From: Geosiphon pyriformis uo1
Lineage: Eukaryota > Fungi > Glomeromycota
DNA: 64,000 nt
Direction of reading: 5' to 3'
Assembly: GCA_016748015.1 (NCBI GenBank)
Contig: JAAOMT010000790.1
Location: forward strand, 75,479 to 139,478
The position numbers were made by a program, and so were the translations under genes. This document shows positions 39,289 through 52,732 of the stretch, one piece after another (position 1 is the stretch's first letter; every line of letters begins with the position of its first letter). The notes below the pieces were generated by a model. That model saw only the letters and a program-made list of their open reading frames with translations, had not been told where the DNA came from and searched no databases.

Positions 39289-40670
39289 TCAATTTAACAT
39301 GTTTGGTTCAATGATTATAATTGGTTTCAAATCTTATGAAATCTCATCTGATTGAACTAATATTTGTTGTACTCCCAATTGTAGAATATTATTGGTAGAT
39401 AATAATATTATATGATAATATGGTTTTAGTCAATGACTATGTACTGCTTTGACTAAGATTTTGTTGTCTTATCTTAATTTATAAGCTCTATTTTTTAGAA
39501 TTTCTTCTATGTAAAATGATTCATCCTATTTGAGGTCAAATTTTCCACTCCATTGTTTTTTTGCTTTGGTATAATGTAAAAATACTTTGTCTCCAATTTT
39601 GAATTCAACTGGTTTATCTGATAGTTGGTTATTGTGTCTTTCTTTTTGTTTTTTTTGTGATTTTTGAATATTATCAGCTGCTCTTTGTCATTTGTTTTCT
39701 AGTGTTTCTATTAAGTTATATGTTTTTTTCAACAATGTTTCTTAGAATTTGTCTTTTGTTATTGGTTCCATTAAATACATGCTGACTTTTATCTCCATTA
39801 ATAATGTTGTTGTTCTACTATATACTAATTTAAATGATATTGCTTATGTAGTATTTTGTTTCATTGTTCAATAAGCAAATAATACTGATAATATAACCAA
39901 ATCTCATTTGTTTTAATTTTTCAGCTAATTTTGGCAATTGATTCACATAATGTTCTATTGAATCTTTCAACTAAGCCATTGATTTGTGGATGATATGGTG
40001 ATAATAATGGTCTTTTTATTCCAAATCTTTGACTTAATTCTGCTAATGTTCTATTTACAAAGTAAGTTCTTTGGTCAAATAGTAATTCTTTTGGGCATTT
40101 ATGTCAACAAATCAAATCTTAATAAACAAATTCAGCAATGAATTTTGCATCTGCTCTTTGAATGGCTTTTGCTTTTGGCCACTTAGTAAGGTAATCCATG
40201 GCTACTGTGATATATCTGTTTCTTTTGCTGGTTATTATTAATGATCTGACTAAGTTAATTCCAATACAATTGAACAGTTGTTCTACTTTAATTGGTCTCA
40301 AAGGTTCACTGGGTTTTGTTTCTTCTCTTCTCTAACAAACATCACAATTTTGAACATATTGGATAATATTTAAATATATTGATAGCCAATAGTATTTTTT
40401 TCTAGTTCTTTCTATGATTGCTTCTTTGTAAAAATGTTCTGCTGTTGGATTGAAATGCATGTTAAATAATATTGTTTCTTTCTCTGGTTTTGTGATTACT
40501 CTGGTTGGTTAATCTGAATTTTTTTTGTTTTTCCAATAAAGTATATTTTAATGAGTGATAAAATATTTAGACTATTGTTTGATATGGTTTCATTCTTTTT
40601 GAGATAATTTTTCTTTGAACTGTTAAGTATTTATAAAATGTTAAAGTTGTTAGTATTTTTGTATATTTAT
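39289..40670 (-). pseudogene. Element C integrase
   Basis: RPIKVEQLFNCIGINLV...DYLTKWP, YHPQINGLVERFN. Confidence 0.88.
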
Positions 40671-40700
40671 CTTTTGTTATATTTTTGAATTTGAATGTTC

Positions 40701-43700
40701 TTAGATTTGTCTTATCTGTAATAAATCATTGGCATTTCCATTTTTTTTTCTCTTTTTGTAATGTACTATATAATTAAATAGTGAAAGTTCTATTTTCTAT
40801 TTAGCATAATGATCATCTTCAAATTTTTGTTTCTGAATTAAAGTCAATCCTTTATGGTTAGTGTATATGTCAAATTTCTGGCTTAAGTATTCTTTCTATT
40901 TTATAACTGCCCAATAAATAGCTAAGTATTCTAGTACTAGTGTTTTATAGTTCTTTTTCACTAGACTTAAGTTGCAACTAGCATATGCTACTGAGTGTTT
41001 TTTTCTATTTGGTTCCTTCTGAAATAGTACTGTTTTTAATGTTTGACCTGATTTATCAGTGATAATAATAAATGGTTTGTTGTGATCTGAATAGATTAAT
41101 ACTGAAGCTTGAATGAGCTTTCTTCTTAGTGTGTTAAAAGCTTCTTGTTGAGTTTTAGTCTATTTATATTTAATATTCTTTGTTTGGAGCTGGTGTAATG
41201 GCTGTGCCAGTTTGAAAAAGTCTTTGATGAAGCAGTAGTAATACTCCACAAATCCCAAAAATGCTTGTAGTTTAGTCAAGTTGGTAAGTACTAAAAAGTT
41301 TTTAACTATCTCAATTTTATCTGGATCTGTTTTAATGCCATCTTTGCTCACAATATGTTCCAAAAACTTGAATTCAGTTTTTCCAAAAAAACACTTGGTT
41401 GCATTTAACTTTAATCTGGCTTTTCTTAGTCTTTCAAACACTTGTTGAAAATAGTGTATATGATTATTAAATGTCTTTAAGAACATATTGATGTTATTTA
41501 AGTAAACAATTACTAACTTTCATAGTAATCTGGTATAAATAATTTCTATTAACTATTGAAATATGGCTGGTGCATTTATCAAGCCAAATGGTATTACTTT
41601 AAATTCAAAATTCTTTTCTCTAGTTATGAACATAGTTTTTTTCTTATCAGCTGGATTCATAACTACTTGTCAATAACTACTATCTAAATCTAATGTTAAA
41701 AACCATTTTTTTCCTTTAAAAGCATCAAATAATTCTTGAATTCATGAAGTTGGATAACTGTTTCTACAAATTACTCTGTTGAGTTTTTTGTAATCCACAT
41801 AAAAGTAGATCTTTCCATTTTTTTTATAGACTAGTACTACTGGTGACAACTATAGACTCATTAATAGTTGAATTAATCTATTGTCTAACATCTAATTAAT
41901 CTCTTGTTGAATGATTTCATGACTTGCTGGTGGTACTTAGTATGCTTTTTGTTTGATTGGCATTGTATTTCTAGTCTTGATCTGATGCTGGATTATGTTA
42001 GTTCTGCCAAATTCATTTTTACTAGCAAAAATGTCATTGAAGTTATTAAGTAATATCTTAAGCTGCATCTGTTGTAGTGGGTTTAAGTTTCTCAAGTTCA
42101 TTTGTTCCAATTGTTTTGGTTAGAGTAAATAACATTTACTCCATCTATAGATTGTTTGTGATGTGATATCCACATATCTGTACAGCTGTGAAAAATTTGA
42201 AATAGTGTTTGGTGGTTAATCTTCAACTTCAGTAGTTAAATATCCAATGGTGGTTCCTTTTGGTAGTTCGATAACATCTCCAGTTGTGTTGTAGATGGGA
42301 ATTTTTATGTGTTTTGGGCTTTTGGCTAATATATACAGATTGATAAGTCTAATCTTTCCTAATTCACAAATTATAGCTTTTGTTTTAAACATTTAAGCTT
42401 GATTTTTTATCTTCCTTTCTATGATTAATATGTATTGGCTATATGGTGAAATAGAAATTGGTTGACAGATGAAGATAATTTTTTTTTTGTCAATAATCTC
42501 TTCCTCTGCTATATTAACTAGTACATCTATTCTCTCCATAAATCTGAATTCTTTAATTCCTTTAGCTGTAATTCCTAATTTTTCTCTGTTTTCTGCTAAT
42601 ACCAACTGAACTATTTTAACCAAAGGTAGGAATATTGTTTGTGCTATCTTTTCATTTGGTTCTATGATATAGGTCTTTTTTAAGTCATTTTGTAGCATTG
42701 CAATAATATTTCTTATATATTCTGTGTCAATTATTCTCTTTCTGATATAAATCTTTTTTTCCACTAAACTATTCCTAGATGCTAGCTGAACCATTGTTGT
42801 TGCTGGGATTTCCAGTGCTACTTTCAGATCAATACAGATATGTAAATATAGTTCCAATCTTATGGCTTCTTTTCCTGGATATTTTAGATCAAATTCTGCA
42901 TCAGTATTATGTACACATTCAGGCATAATACTTTTATTATTATCACTAAACCATTTAAGTTCCTGCTCCTTGGTGAGGTCAGAAAACACGATATATTGTT
43001 CTGGGTTTAAATTAGAGTTCGAACTATTGTTATTGTTATTGCCATATTGAATAGAACTGGAACTATTGTTTTTGTTGTCATTATTGTTGGAGTTTAAATC
43101 AGAATTGGACTGTAATTCTGATTTTAATGTACAGCTGCTAATTGGTTCCTCTTCCTCTGAGATTGTGTAAATCATATATGATGGTGAATTGTAAATAAGA
43201 TTACATTCATTACAATATTCAAAGTTACATGAAATCAAACAGTAGTTACATAGTCATGTGTTTATTTCTTCCATATATTGCTCTTGTTTTTCTCAAGTGG
43301 ATGCCAAATTCTGATAATGTTTATAGAATTTTTCTGGACTGGCTTTATGTCAAAAAAAGCATCTGAATTAGGAATAAGAAAAGTTTTGACTAGTTCTGAT
43401 GAATTATTTTTAATCTCTAATATTTTGTTAAGCAAAGTGCCTTTAACTTTGGCACTTGCCATTCTTCAGATTTTGTCTTCATTGTGTGGGTAGCTGTCCA
43501 GGCATGTTAATACACAGTTTCATGCAGCATTAAAAGGTATTCCATAACTGATTCAGTTACTAATGAGGATCATGTATTGGCATAAGGCATCACATATTCC
43601 TTCTCAACCAAGAATGTTGTTTTATATTTCTTTATTAAGTAACTGTTTCCCACAAGCAAGACATAGTTTATTGTCTCACTTGCCTTGTTATTTGGAGTAC

Positions 43701-46700
43701 TTATAATATTCTCTGTAGCATAGTTTGCAATAGTAGTGAGTACATGTTCAATAGTCTTCATCAAATGCAATCTATGCTTTTATAGAGGACAGCTTTTTCT
43801 TGTAATTCTTGCATTTGAGTGATATGTGTGGTGGCTCTTTTATGGTTTCATGTGAGTATGATTTTTTCCAGCCACTAGTTATCTTTTTTGTGGTCATGGT
43901 TTCTTCGGGTTTGTCTTCTTCCTTCTTTTTTCTTTTGTTGTCTCAAATTAGAATTAGCAGTAGCTTATTGTGATTGTTGTTAGCCCAAAAAACTTGGTAA
44001 GCTTCTTAGATAGATTTTTTCTTTTTTTCTTTGAACTCAATTAGTGGTGCTGATATTGTGGTGGGTTTAAAGTGACTGCAGATGGCTGGTACTCATGTAT
44101 GCTGGCCATTTTGGCTGAGTTGTAATTTTTGAGTGGTTCAATTAAATACAGTATTAGTTTTGACTAACCAGTTATTACCAATTAGTGCTTAGTACTGTAT
44201 AGCTTCCATTACTAAGATTTTGATTGGTATTATGATGCCATTGACTTTAAAAGGAAAGTCATTAATCTTATTGATTGGAGTTTTCATCACTTCATCAACA
44301 GTAATTATTCGGGCAGTATGATCAACTTGGTAACTTAATTGGTTTATAAGTTGTTATGTGATGATGCTGCCTACTGAACTACTATCTAAAATAAGTTTGA
44401 TAGGATAGCCATCAACTGTGACATTAGTATATATTGCTGTAATAAGCTTAGTGTTAAAAGCAGCTTTACTAAATAATAGAACTAATGTGGTTTCCTTAAG
44501 CTCAAAAAAGAATATGGCAGCAAGTGTCTTGTCTTTAGTATTGGTTGTTAATGGAATATTGCTGATAAGTGGTAGCTGTAAGCTGAGTTCTGGGTTGTTG
44601 AGTTGAGTATTTTCTGAGATTACTAGAAAACTTAAATAGTTCTGGGAATTCAGGTTTTAAGAGTAACCAGTTTCCAAACTCTGCTGTTATAATTCTGATA
44701 GTTGATTAAAAGAGCTGGGAATTGGTTGGTGGACAATTATTGCCAATCTTCAATTTTAAGTAGTTTTTGATCTGGAATTTTCTGATGTCATCTGAGCTGA
44801 GTTTGGTGATGATATTAGAATTGCTGGTATTTGATAAATTATTTGTGGTTGTGGTAGTTGATAAATTATGGGTGTTGTCAGTTAATAAATTGGGATTTAA
44901 TAAATTGGCTGTATCACCTGTGTGTAATGTGGCTGAGTTTAGTATTGTTTGTGTGCTTGATAACTGATGTAATTCTGAGTTGGAAATTGGCAATCAAAAT
45001 TTTAATACTGATTTCCTGATTGTTGGTTGCTTATTTTTTTGTGACATTCAAATTGTAGATGTCCTTGTTTACTACAATAGTGGCAAATATGTGTCTCTTG
45101 CTGTTATGATAGTTGTGCTAATACTGAATGTGACTAATTTTGGTGCTAATTAATAGTTCTGAAATTGTCACAACATTAAAGCAGTTAATATATTGCCTAA
45201 TTGTTGTTAGCTAAGTACCCTTTTAGTTTCTGATTAATTAAATTACTAAATTGTTTTAATTTGAAGTCCAATTCAGATAATCTATTTATTACTAAATTTA
45301 TGGCTTGGGAGTGGTTGGCTTCTAATTTGGCAGCTTTAAAATCTCTGGCATGAGTAACTGCTGCTTGAAAATTGGCTGGATGTAGTGGATGTATGTATTA
45401 CAGGATGCTGCTGCATAATCCACAAATGAACTAATTCAGAATTTGGGCTACTGTGAAATAATCAGCATCAATGGCTTGAATTTAATGCAAATTTTTGTGG
45501 AAGTGTTCCAAATAAATAGTGACTGCTTCTGTATCTCCTTGCTTAATAGTGGTGAATATATTAGTCAAGCAATTAATACTGTTGTTGTTGCTAAAATATC
45601 TTAGAAATTCTAGCTTGAATGCATCAAAAGTTTGGAGTTTTTGGGCCAAACTGTAATACCAGGAATTGGCAGTGTCTTGTAAAAAATATGGGATGGCTTG
45701 GAGTGCTCTGGCATTATTTTATTCATTGACTGCAATGGCTTTTTTTATATTGTTCAGCCACACTTGCACATTATCCTTCTTACCAGTGAATTTTTTAATT
45801 TTGATAATTGGTGCATAGACCATTAGTTGTTGTTATGATGGTTGTTGAAGTGGTTGTTGCAGTTGTTGTTAAGGTAGTACTTGCAGCTATTGAATTGGTT
45901 CAGCAATCAGTTCAATTAGTGACTAATTGATCATAATTACTGGAGGTAAGTGTTGTTGATTAATTATGTTGAGATTTGAATTATTCTGATTTGGCTGAGT
46001 TGAAACAATTAGAGTCTGAATTTCTGAGTTTTTTGGGATCAGGTTTTGATAATTAAATTCCTGATTGTCATTTTTCTCCTTTTCTGATTCCATTACTTCC
46101 TAAAAACTTGTAATTCTGAAATTTGGTTAAAGCAGTAGTAATCGAAATTCTGATAATATTGGTGATCATAATTTAAATTCCTCAAAATAATTGCCATATG
46201 TTTCTAATAATTCTGTTTTCTTTTGTTTACTTTGAAATGAGATTTGTCCCAATGTTAATTCTGCATTTAATGTGGATGTGCTTACTGATAAAATATTGAT
46301 GATACTTCCAGATGTGTAGTAATATGCTGGATATAGTGGGGATTTAATTTTTTGTTTCTTCTATGTAGGTAACTGTATTTTTTTTGGTATTACTGCTGAA
46401 ATTTGTAATCTTCCCTTGCCTTTGTCTGCATAGATAATAGAAAATTGTTGTTGAATATATCTTTTAATTGCTTGATTAATTTCTCTAATGATTGGTATGA
46501 TTTTATGATAGGCTGGTGTGTTGGATTAGTTCTGTGTAAAAATTTTTCTTTGCTAATTTAATGTCAACTGGTCTTCCTAGAAAATCTGTGATTTTTTCAT
46601 TAATGTAAAAGTTGAAGACTAATTCCACTGAATAATGATTGCTGTTTAGGCCCAATTGTTGACTGTACTGTTGAAATAAGAATTTGGCAAATCCTAAATG

Positions 46701-46730
46701 ATTTGTTTCTATGATTTCTAATTTTGCCAC
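40701..46730 (-). pseudogene. Element C gag-protease-Cys-rich-dUTPase-RT-RNase H
   Basis: Collinear with A and B, ILDSSS protease motif, dUTPase at ~42530-42960, more decayed. Confidence 0.9.
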
Positions 46731-46863
46731 TTTTGGATAGTTGTTGTTGGTGCTAGTTCTCTATAGAATTATATCTCATAGAAAGCACCAAATGTTACAG
46801 ATGATTATTTGGGGTCTCAAATTAATAACAAACCTATAACTTGGTGCTTAATAATAAATACAG

Positions 46864-47723
46864 TGTTATAAGTAATTATTTGGGGTTTTAAATCAAATAA
46901 CAAACCCATAACTTGGTGTTTAATTAATTTGATAATGTTGTTTTCTGAAGGTTTTCATAATCTGAAGATTTGGGTTGAGTTCTTTGTATAATGAACAAAG
47001 ATTTAATTGTTGTTTCAGTAGTCTCTAAAAATTGCAATTCTATCAAATTTTTTTCTCAACGTGGTGGCTGGTAATTTGGCAGAAATGCTTTTCTGGTAAG
47101 CTATTTTTAAATTTTCAATTCGATATCCTTCCTTTGAGGTTTTTTACCAGGCTATTTTTGACATTGATAATTCAGCACTTAATCCTCAATCAATTAGTAA
47201 ACACAACTGAATAAAGAAAAGAAATAAAAAAAATCAAGAAAGATAAAAAAATTAAGCCAAGACAATTTGCAAGTTAGTATTCATCAATAGCCATAATCAA
47301 GAGCTATTGTTCCAGTATGTTAAGTATTGATTACTATTAACATGAAGCATTAATAATAAAATGTGAATTTAAGATAACAAATAATTATTTATTGATATTT
47401 GTGATGTGGAAGATTGTTTAGATTAAATCTAAACTAAGAGATCTGTCTTTTTTTTTCTAATATTACTGCTATATATACATAATTGAGATTCCTCAATTTT
47501 TCAATTCTTCACACCAGAAATCTTGGAATTTCTGGAATTCTGCAATTTCTTTTAAGAGGAATCCTGGAATTTTGAAATCTTGCAATTTTTTGTACAAAAA
47601 TCTTGAACTTCCTGGAATTCTGCAATTTCTCTAAGAGAAATCCTGGAATTTCACATTTTACTATGGCTGCTTCTAATTGGCTAATTTATATGCTAATATA
47701 CTTCCTATATTCTATAAGTAACA
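46864..47723 (-). mobile_element. Solo LTR (type B) inserted in U5 of element C's 5' LTR
   Basis: TGTTATAAG...AAGTAACA, TSD ACAG/ATGG, GGAATTCC array, no adjacent PBS or PPT. The flanks rejoin to match 37860-37880. Confidence 0.92.
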
Positions 47724-48456
47724 ATGGTTGGTACTATTTGAGTTTTTGGTTTCTGAAGGTTTTAGTAATCTGAAAATTTCAGTTGATCTGAAGATTTTGG
47801 TTGAGTTTTTTGTATAATGAACAAAGATTTAATAGTGTTTTAGTAGTTTTTCAAAATCACAATTCCATTGAATTTTTTTTTCAGTGTGGTAGCCAGTAGT
47901 TTGACAGAGATGCTCTTCTGGTAAGCTATTCTTAAATCTTCAAACTTTATACCTTTCTTTTGGGGTCTTTTACCAGATTATCCTTGATGTTAATTATTCT
48001 ATGCATGATTTTTAATCAATTAGTAAACAACAAAAAACAAAATAATAGAAAAGAAAAAAATCATAAAAGAAAAAATAAGCCAAGGCAAATTCAAGTTAGT
48101 ATTCCATTAATAGCCATGATCAAGAGCTATTGTTCCAGTGTGGTTAAGTATTTGTTGCTATCAACACTTTATGTTGATAGTAGAAAGTGGTTTGTGATAG
48201 TAAATAGTTATTTATTAATATTTGTAATTTTTGAAAGATTGCTTAGATAAAATCTAAACAGAGTAGTTTTGCTAAATAATTCTGTTTTTTCTGCTTTTAA
48301 TACTCTTGTTATATACAGTGAACTCTTTTTATAATCACATCTTTTGGTCAGCACATTTGTGGTGACTATAGAGAGATGGGATTATAAAAAATGATTAATA
48401 TCTTATTACATAATTTATATATCACATGCATAATATAATAACCAATTATATATATT

Positions 48457-50015
48457 TTATTTAAAAAAGCTATCTATTTGCAACTGTTTTTTTTCTTCTT
48501 GAACTTTGAGAACAGTATTATGAATTAATGTTTTCAAAGTTTTAAAAAAGTCTGAATCAACTTTTTTACTATACTGCTCTTTACAATAGTGCAATGTATC
48601 TTTAAGTGCAGTTTTATCTTAATGTATAGATAGCAAAGGCAAAGATTCATCTTCATTTTCACTTTTTAAATTTTCATTTGCATTAGAATTTTCACTATAT
48701 TTGTTGTTAATAAGATCTACAATTTCATTTTTTGAAGCATAAGTAAATAATAGTTCAAACTTGTCAATATTAATAAAATTTATTGTCAATAGCTTGTTAA
48801 TATCAATATGCTCAATAAGAACTTGTACTTCTTGTAAGAGTTCTTGTTCAATATCTAATGGATGGGTTGACATTTGACTATTATTCAGAATTTTCATATG
48901 ACACCAACAGTTTTGGATTGTAGTTGTTGTTACCACTGACCATGTATCAATTAAAAAGTCAACCACATCCTTTAATATTACTGTTGATATTGGAATCTTG
49001 TTATCATACTAATTAATAAGATGGAAAAGAAACAACTTTCAGTATTGTGCCTTAAAGGATACAATAATTCCTGCATCTAATGGTTGCAAATGAGATATTG
49101 TATTGGATAGTAGGTATCTAATCATAATATTAAATAATACGGAAGATTCTCTACCATAGGGACCAGTATTATCAAGCAATAGCAAAATCTTTTTTTTCAT
49201 GTAATGCATTTTTTCATTTAATAAATTAAGCCATTCACTAAAAATATCAGTTTGCATCCATGCTTTTGTATTGTAATGATAAGTGATTGGAAGTGCATTT
49301 ATATTAAAAGTGCAAAACATCATGGCTTTATGGCTTTGTCAATAATTAAAGACTGCAACTTGATGCTGTTTGTTGCATTACAAGCAAGAAGTATAGTAAT
49401 TTGACTCTTATTACACTTGGTGCCAGAGGTAGATCTTGTTGCCAAAGTTGCATTTGGTGGTATTTTAAAGAATAATGCTGTCTTATCGGCATTGTAAACA
49501 TTATTTAGATCATATTCGCTAATAATCTCATGCAGTTTTTTTCATTTCTCTGGTAAAATTTCCAAGAAAGCACTGTTTGCTTTGCCATGTATCTTAATAT
49601 GGTGCAAATTATGACATTTTTTGAACTTTTTTAATTAACTATCTGATGCTTTAAAGTTATTTTCTTTCAGAAACTTTTTAGCAAACTTAAGGGCTTTTGT
49701 TTATAAAATTTTTCCAGTAAGAATGCAGTTGGTAGCTAGTGCTCCAAGCATTTATTCTCTCAGTGTATCATTTATTTTTGGAAACATCTCTTTCCTGTCT
49801 TTTGTCAATTGACTAGAGTTGTCAGATATATTTTTTTCAATCTATTGGTCTAATTTTGTGAGTATTTTTGTTATAGTGGAGCAGTCAACCTTTAGATTAA
49901 ATATTTCAATAAGTCTATTTATTGAATAGTCAGAATGTTCTAGTTTGTACTGGCAGAAAGCCTTTTTAGTTTCTAAAGAGATTGCTGCTTATTTTTGGTT
50001 CACATTTTTTGGCAT
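48457..50015 (-). pseudogene. pogo-family transposase (CENP-B HTH, DDE_1, C-terminal PIP box)
   Basis: FKASDS*LKKFK, VYNADKTAL, KAWMQTDIF, LLLLDN, LQPLDAGIIVSFKAQY, ending QLQIDSFFK*. Confidence 0.92.
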
Positions 50016-50279
50016 GTTAATAAGAACACACTTTTTATTGCATTTTGCTTTTATAATATGTTGATGTATCTGTTATGTCTCAAACATCATTTTGCCTTAT
50101 ATTTAATTGAAGATGTAAGATGTCTCATGTCATATGAGGTGCCTCAGATTATAAAAAGCGGCCAAATTATAAAAATGAAGGTTTTAATTCAACTGTAGGA
50201 TTCTAAGTGCAAATGACAGATTTTTGGTAAAAAAAAACCTAATTTTGATAATGCATCTGCAACACTTTTTGTCTCTTAC

Positions 50280-50400
50280 CTTCAACTGATGATTAATAAT
50301 AAAGACTGTCAATTTAATCTTCCACATACTTGTATAATCATGTAGAAAATAGCACAATGTTATGTTGTCAAGCCTTCCAAACACAATAATGCCTATATCA
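50280..50400 (-). pseudogene. Captured exon of a tRNA(Ile)-lysidine synthase (TilS)-like PP-loop ATPase
   Basis: IGIIVFGRLDNITLCYFLH...LTVFIINHQLK converts by transitions only to IGIAVSGGLDSMALCYFLH...LTAFIVDHQLR, followed by a GTAAGA donor. Confidence 0.72.
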
Positions 50401-50569
50401 ATTGGAATATCAATATAAAATACTTTGCACAATGTTAGGGATATTGGAGTAAAAGTCAACTGCAGTTTTTTAAAAAATGTCCTAATCATTATAAGTCATG
50501 GGATTTGATATGTAATATATATAGACATGTAATGGCTTCCAAATTAATATGGTCATATGTTGTTTCTAA

Positions 50570-51300
50570 GAAAAATTTATCTGTTTAAGGTTACTTAGAA
50601 TAGGTCCAAAATGAAACAGATCTCACATTCAAGTTAAAATATGAACAAGTCTTTTTTTATTTACAAGCAATTATTAACTTTTGCACTGGAGTTTATTTCA
50701 ATAGGTCTTCATTAAGACTTGCAGCTAGACAAATGTTTGCACCAATTTGGTCTACTCAGCACCATCCTATTTACCAATTAATTGAAATTGCTGATGAAAA
50801 ACAATGACTATAATTAAAGCCTGAAGTTTGCAAGCTGATTCAAGAAAGAATTGTAATTTCTTGATCTAAACTTTCAAATCAACATTAAGGCCATGATGCA
50901 ATACTTGAAGAAATTAACAAAATGCTTAAATTATTGATTTCTTCTACACCTTTACAATGGCATTGGGAAATTGCAATATGTAACTGTATCAAATTTGAAA
51001 GATTGCATACTAATCTTTTTAATATTATCAAATATTCTAAGTAAAATATACAGGTCTTATACACATTTTAGCTTTATTGCTAAATCAAATCAATTTCGAG
51101 TTCAGATAAAAAAAACACAGTTTGTAAATTCAAATGTCTCTAATTATGTTTTTCATAATATTGGCCATGAATAAATATTAAGCAAAGAAATAAAAAAATT
51201 CAGTAAAATTGCATGAATGAAAATAATAGACTTTCTTAAAACAAGGCAAATTAAGAAAACATTGTTAGGTACTTGAAAACCAATTCCAATAACAAATGAA
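50570..51300 (+). pseudogene. Fragment of an unrelated protein, possibly DUF6589-like or transposase-related
   Basis: A long frame with sporadic stops: KLKYEQVFFYLQAIINF...FAPIWS..HPIYQLIEIADE...NQH*GHDAILEEINK...HWEIA. Family assignment is from memory only. Confidence 0.45.
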
Positions 51301-52732
51301 AAAGCAGATCATTAAAAAATATAAATCTGTTAATAAAATTACAACTATTATCTATTATTAACTCTCTAATATCTCTTTTAAGTGATCATGTTTTCAAAGC
51401 TTATCAAGTTAATTATGTGACAGCTTAATAAATATCCTTCAAAAAGTTAAAAATATATTGTATTGTGTACAGTTTTGTTTATATTGGGTTGGGTGCATTA
51501 CTATTTATAATTGGCATTTTTAATACATGATATATTAAGTTTAAGTCTAAATCTTCATTCTGCATGATTATGTTTAGATTATAAAAAGCATTCAACACAG
51601 ATTTATTTGCCCCAAAAAAGTTGATTTTTAATACCTCTTTAAAACTATCAGTCAAACTTTTACTTGCTAATACTAAATATTAGTCAAATGATGAATATGA
51701 TTGCTAGTATAGAGCCCTTTTTTAATTGTGGATGCCAAAGTTAGTGTGAAAATGTATTTATTGGATATATATTGGAATTCTCATGCTCTGAGTTTTATTA
51801 CTAGTCACATTTTTTTTCCTAAGGAAAAGTAAATTCGAACTCCATTTCCAGTTGATTTGCTCGAACAATGTTCTATTAACAAACTTGTTTCCAGAGGATC
51901 CTATTGGGCCATTATTTTTGCTTGTAGATCTGTTAATTTTTTCTCCCAATATAAAGAAAAAGTAATCTTGTTAGCCAAAGTTTGATCCAGAATAACTTTA
52001 TTAATACCTGCAACAACAGTCTCGAAAGCACTACCAGCCTTTAAAGCACCACCAGTCTCTAAAGCACTAAGAGCAGCAGTACTATACCATATGTCAATTA
52101 TTATTAAAACTCTCATAATACTCGCAAACAAGCCAGATATAATAGTTTCATCATTGTTTTCTAATGGCAATAGCAGTTTATAAAGAAGAAAAGTAATTGA
52201 ATGTTGTAATATTTTAGAAATTTTATTTAGTGTTCTACAATTATTTCTAGAAACTTCTTTAATTTTTTTTATTATCATAAAAAGAATAATTTCCATTGAC
52301 AAATCAGGAAATCTCCCTGACTGTACATGTTCATTTAAATATAAGATGACATCTGATGTTTATATCTAATATTATATAATTATAGTGTGACTATAGAAAG
52401 TAAAAATTACTTATATTCTGCTATCATATTTGTGAGGATAGGAACTATAAGGAGATATATATAGTAAAAGTGACTATAAAAAGATAATATTATATATAAA
52501 TAATTTTGGTTTTTAAAAAAATGTGATTAAAAAAAGATAGTGACTATAACCAGAGGGACTATAAAGAGAGTTTACTGTATACATAATTTAGGTTTTATGA
52601 GATTGTTTATATTCTTGAGCAATATGCTATAATTTCTTGAACAATATGCTCATATGCTAACTACTACTCTTCTATTGGTCTATTTGTTTTTCTACTATTT
52701 TTTTTTTATGTTTTTTTTATAAGTAGCAATAT

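Larger units (their letters stand above)
48316..52577 (-). mobile_element. pogo/Tigger (Tc1-mariner superfamily) DNA transposon, 4262 bp, with cargo
   Basis: TA TSD, TIRs CAGTGAACTCTTTTTATAATCAC and (rc) CAGTAAACTCTCTTTATAGTCCC, subterminal GTGACTATA repeats. The flanks rejoin to the LTR TATA region. Confidence 0.92.
37803..52728 (-). mobile_element. Ty3/Gypsy LTR retrotransposon C (type-A LTR)
   Basis: 3' LTR at 37803-38613. 5' LTR in three pieces (46793-46863, 47728-48315, 52580-52728). PBS at 46773-46792, PPT at 38614-38630, TSD ATAC/ATAT. Confidence 0.92.
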
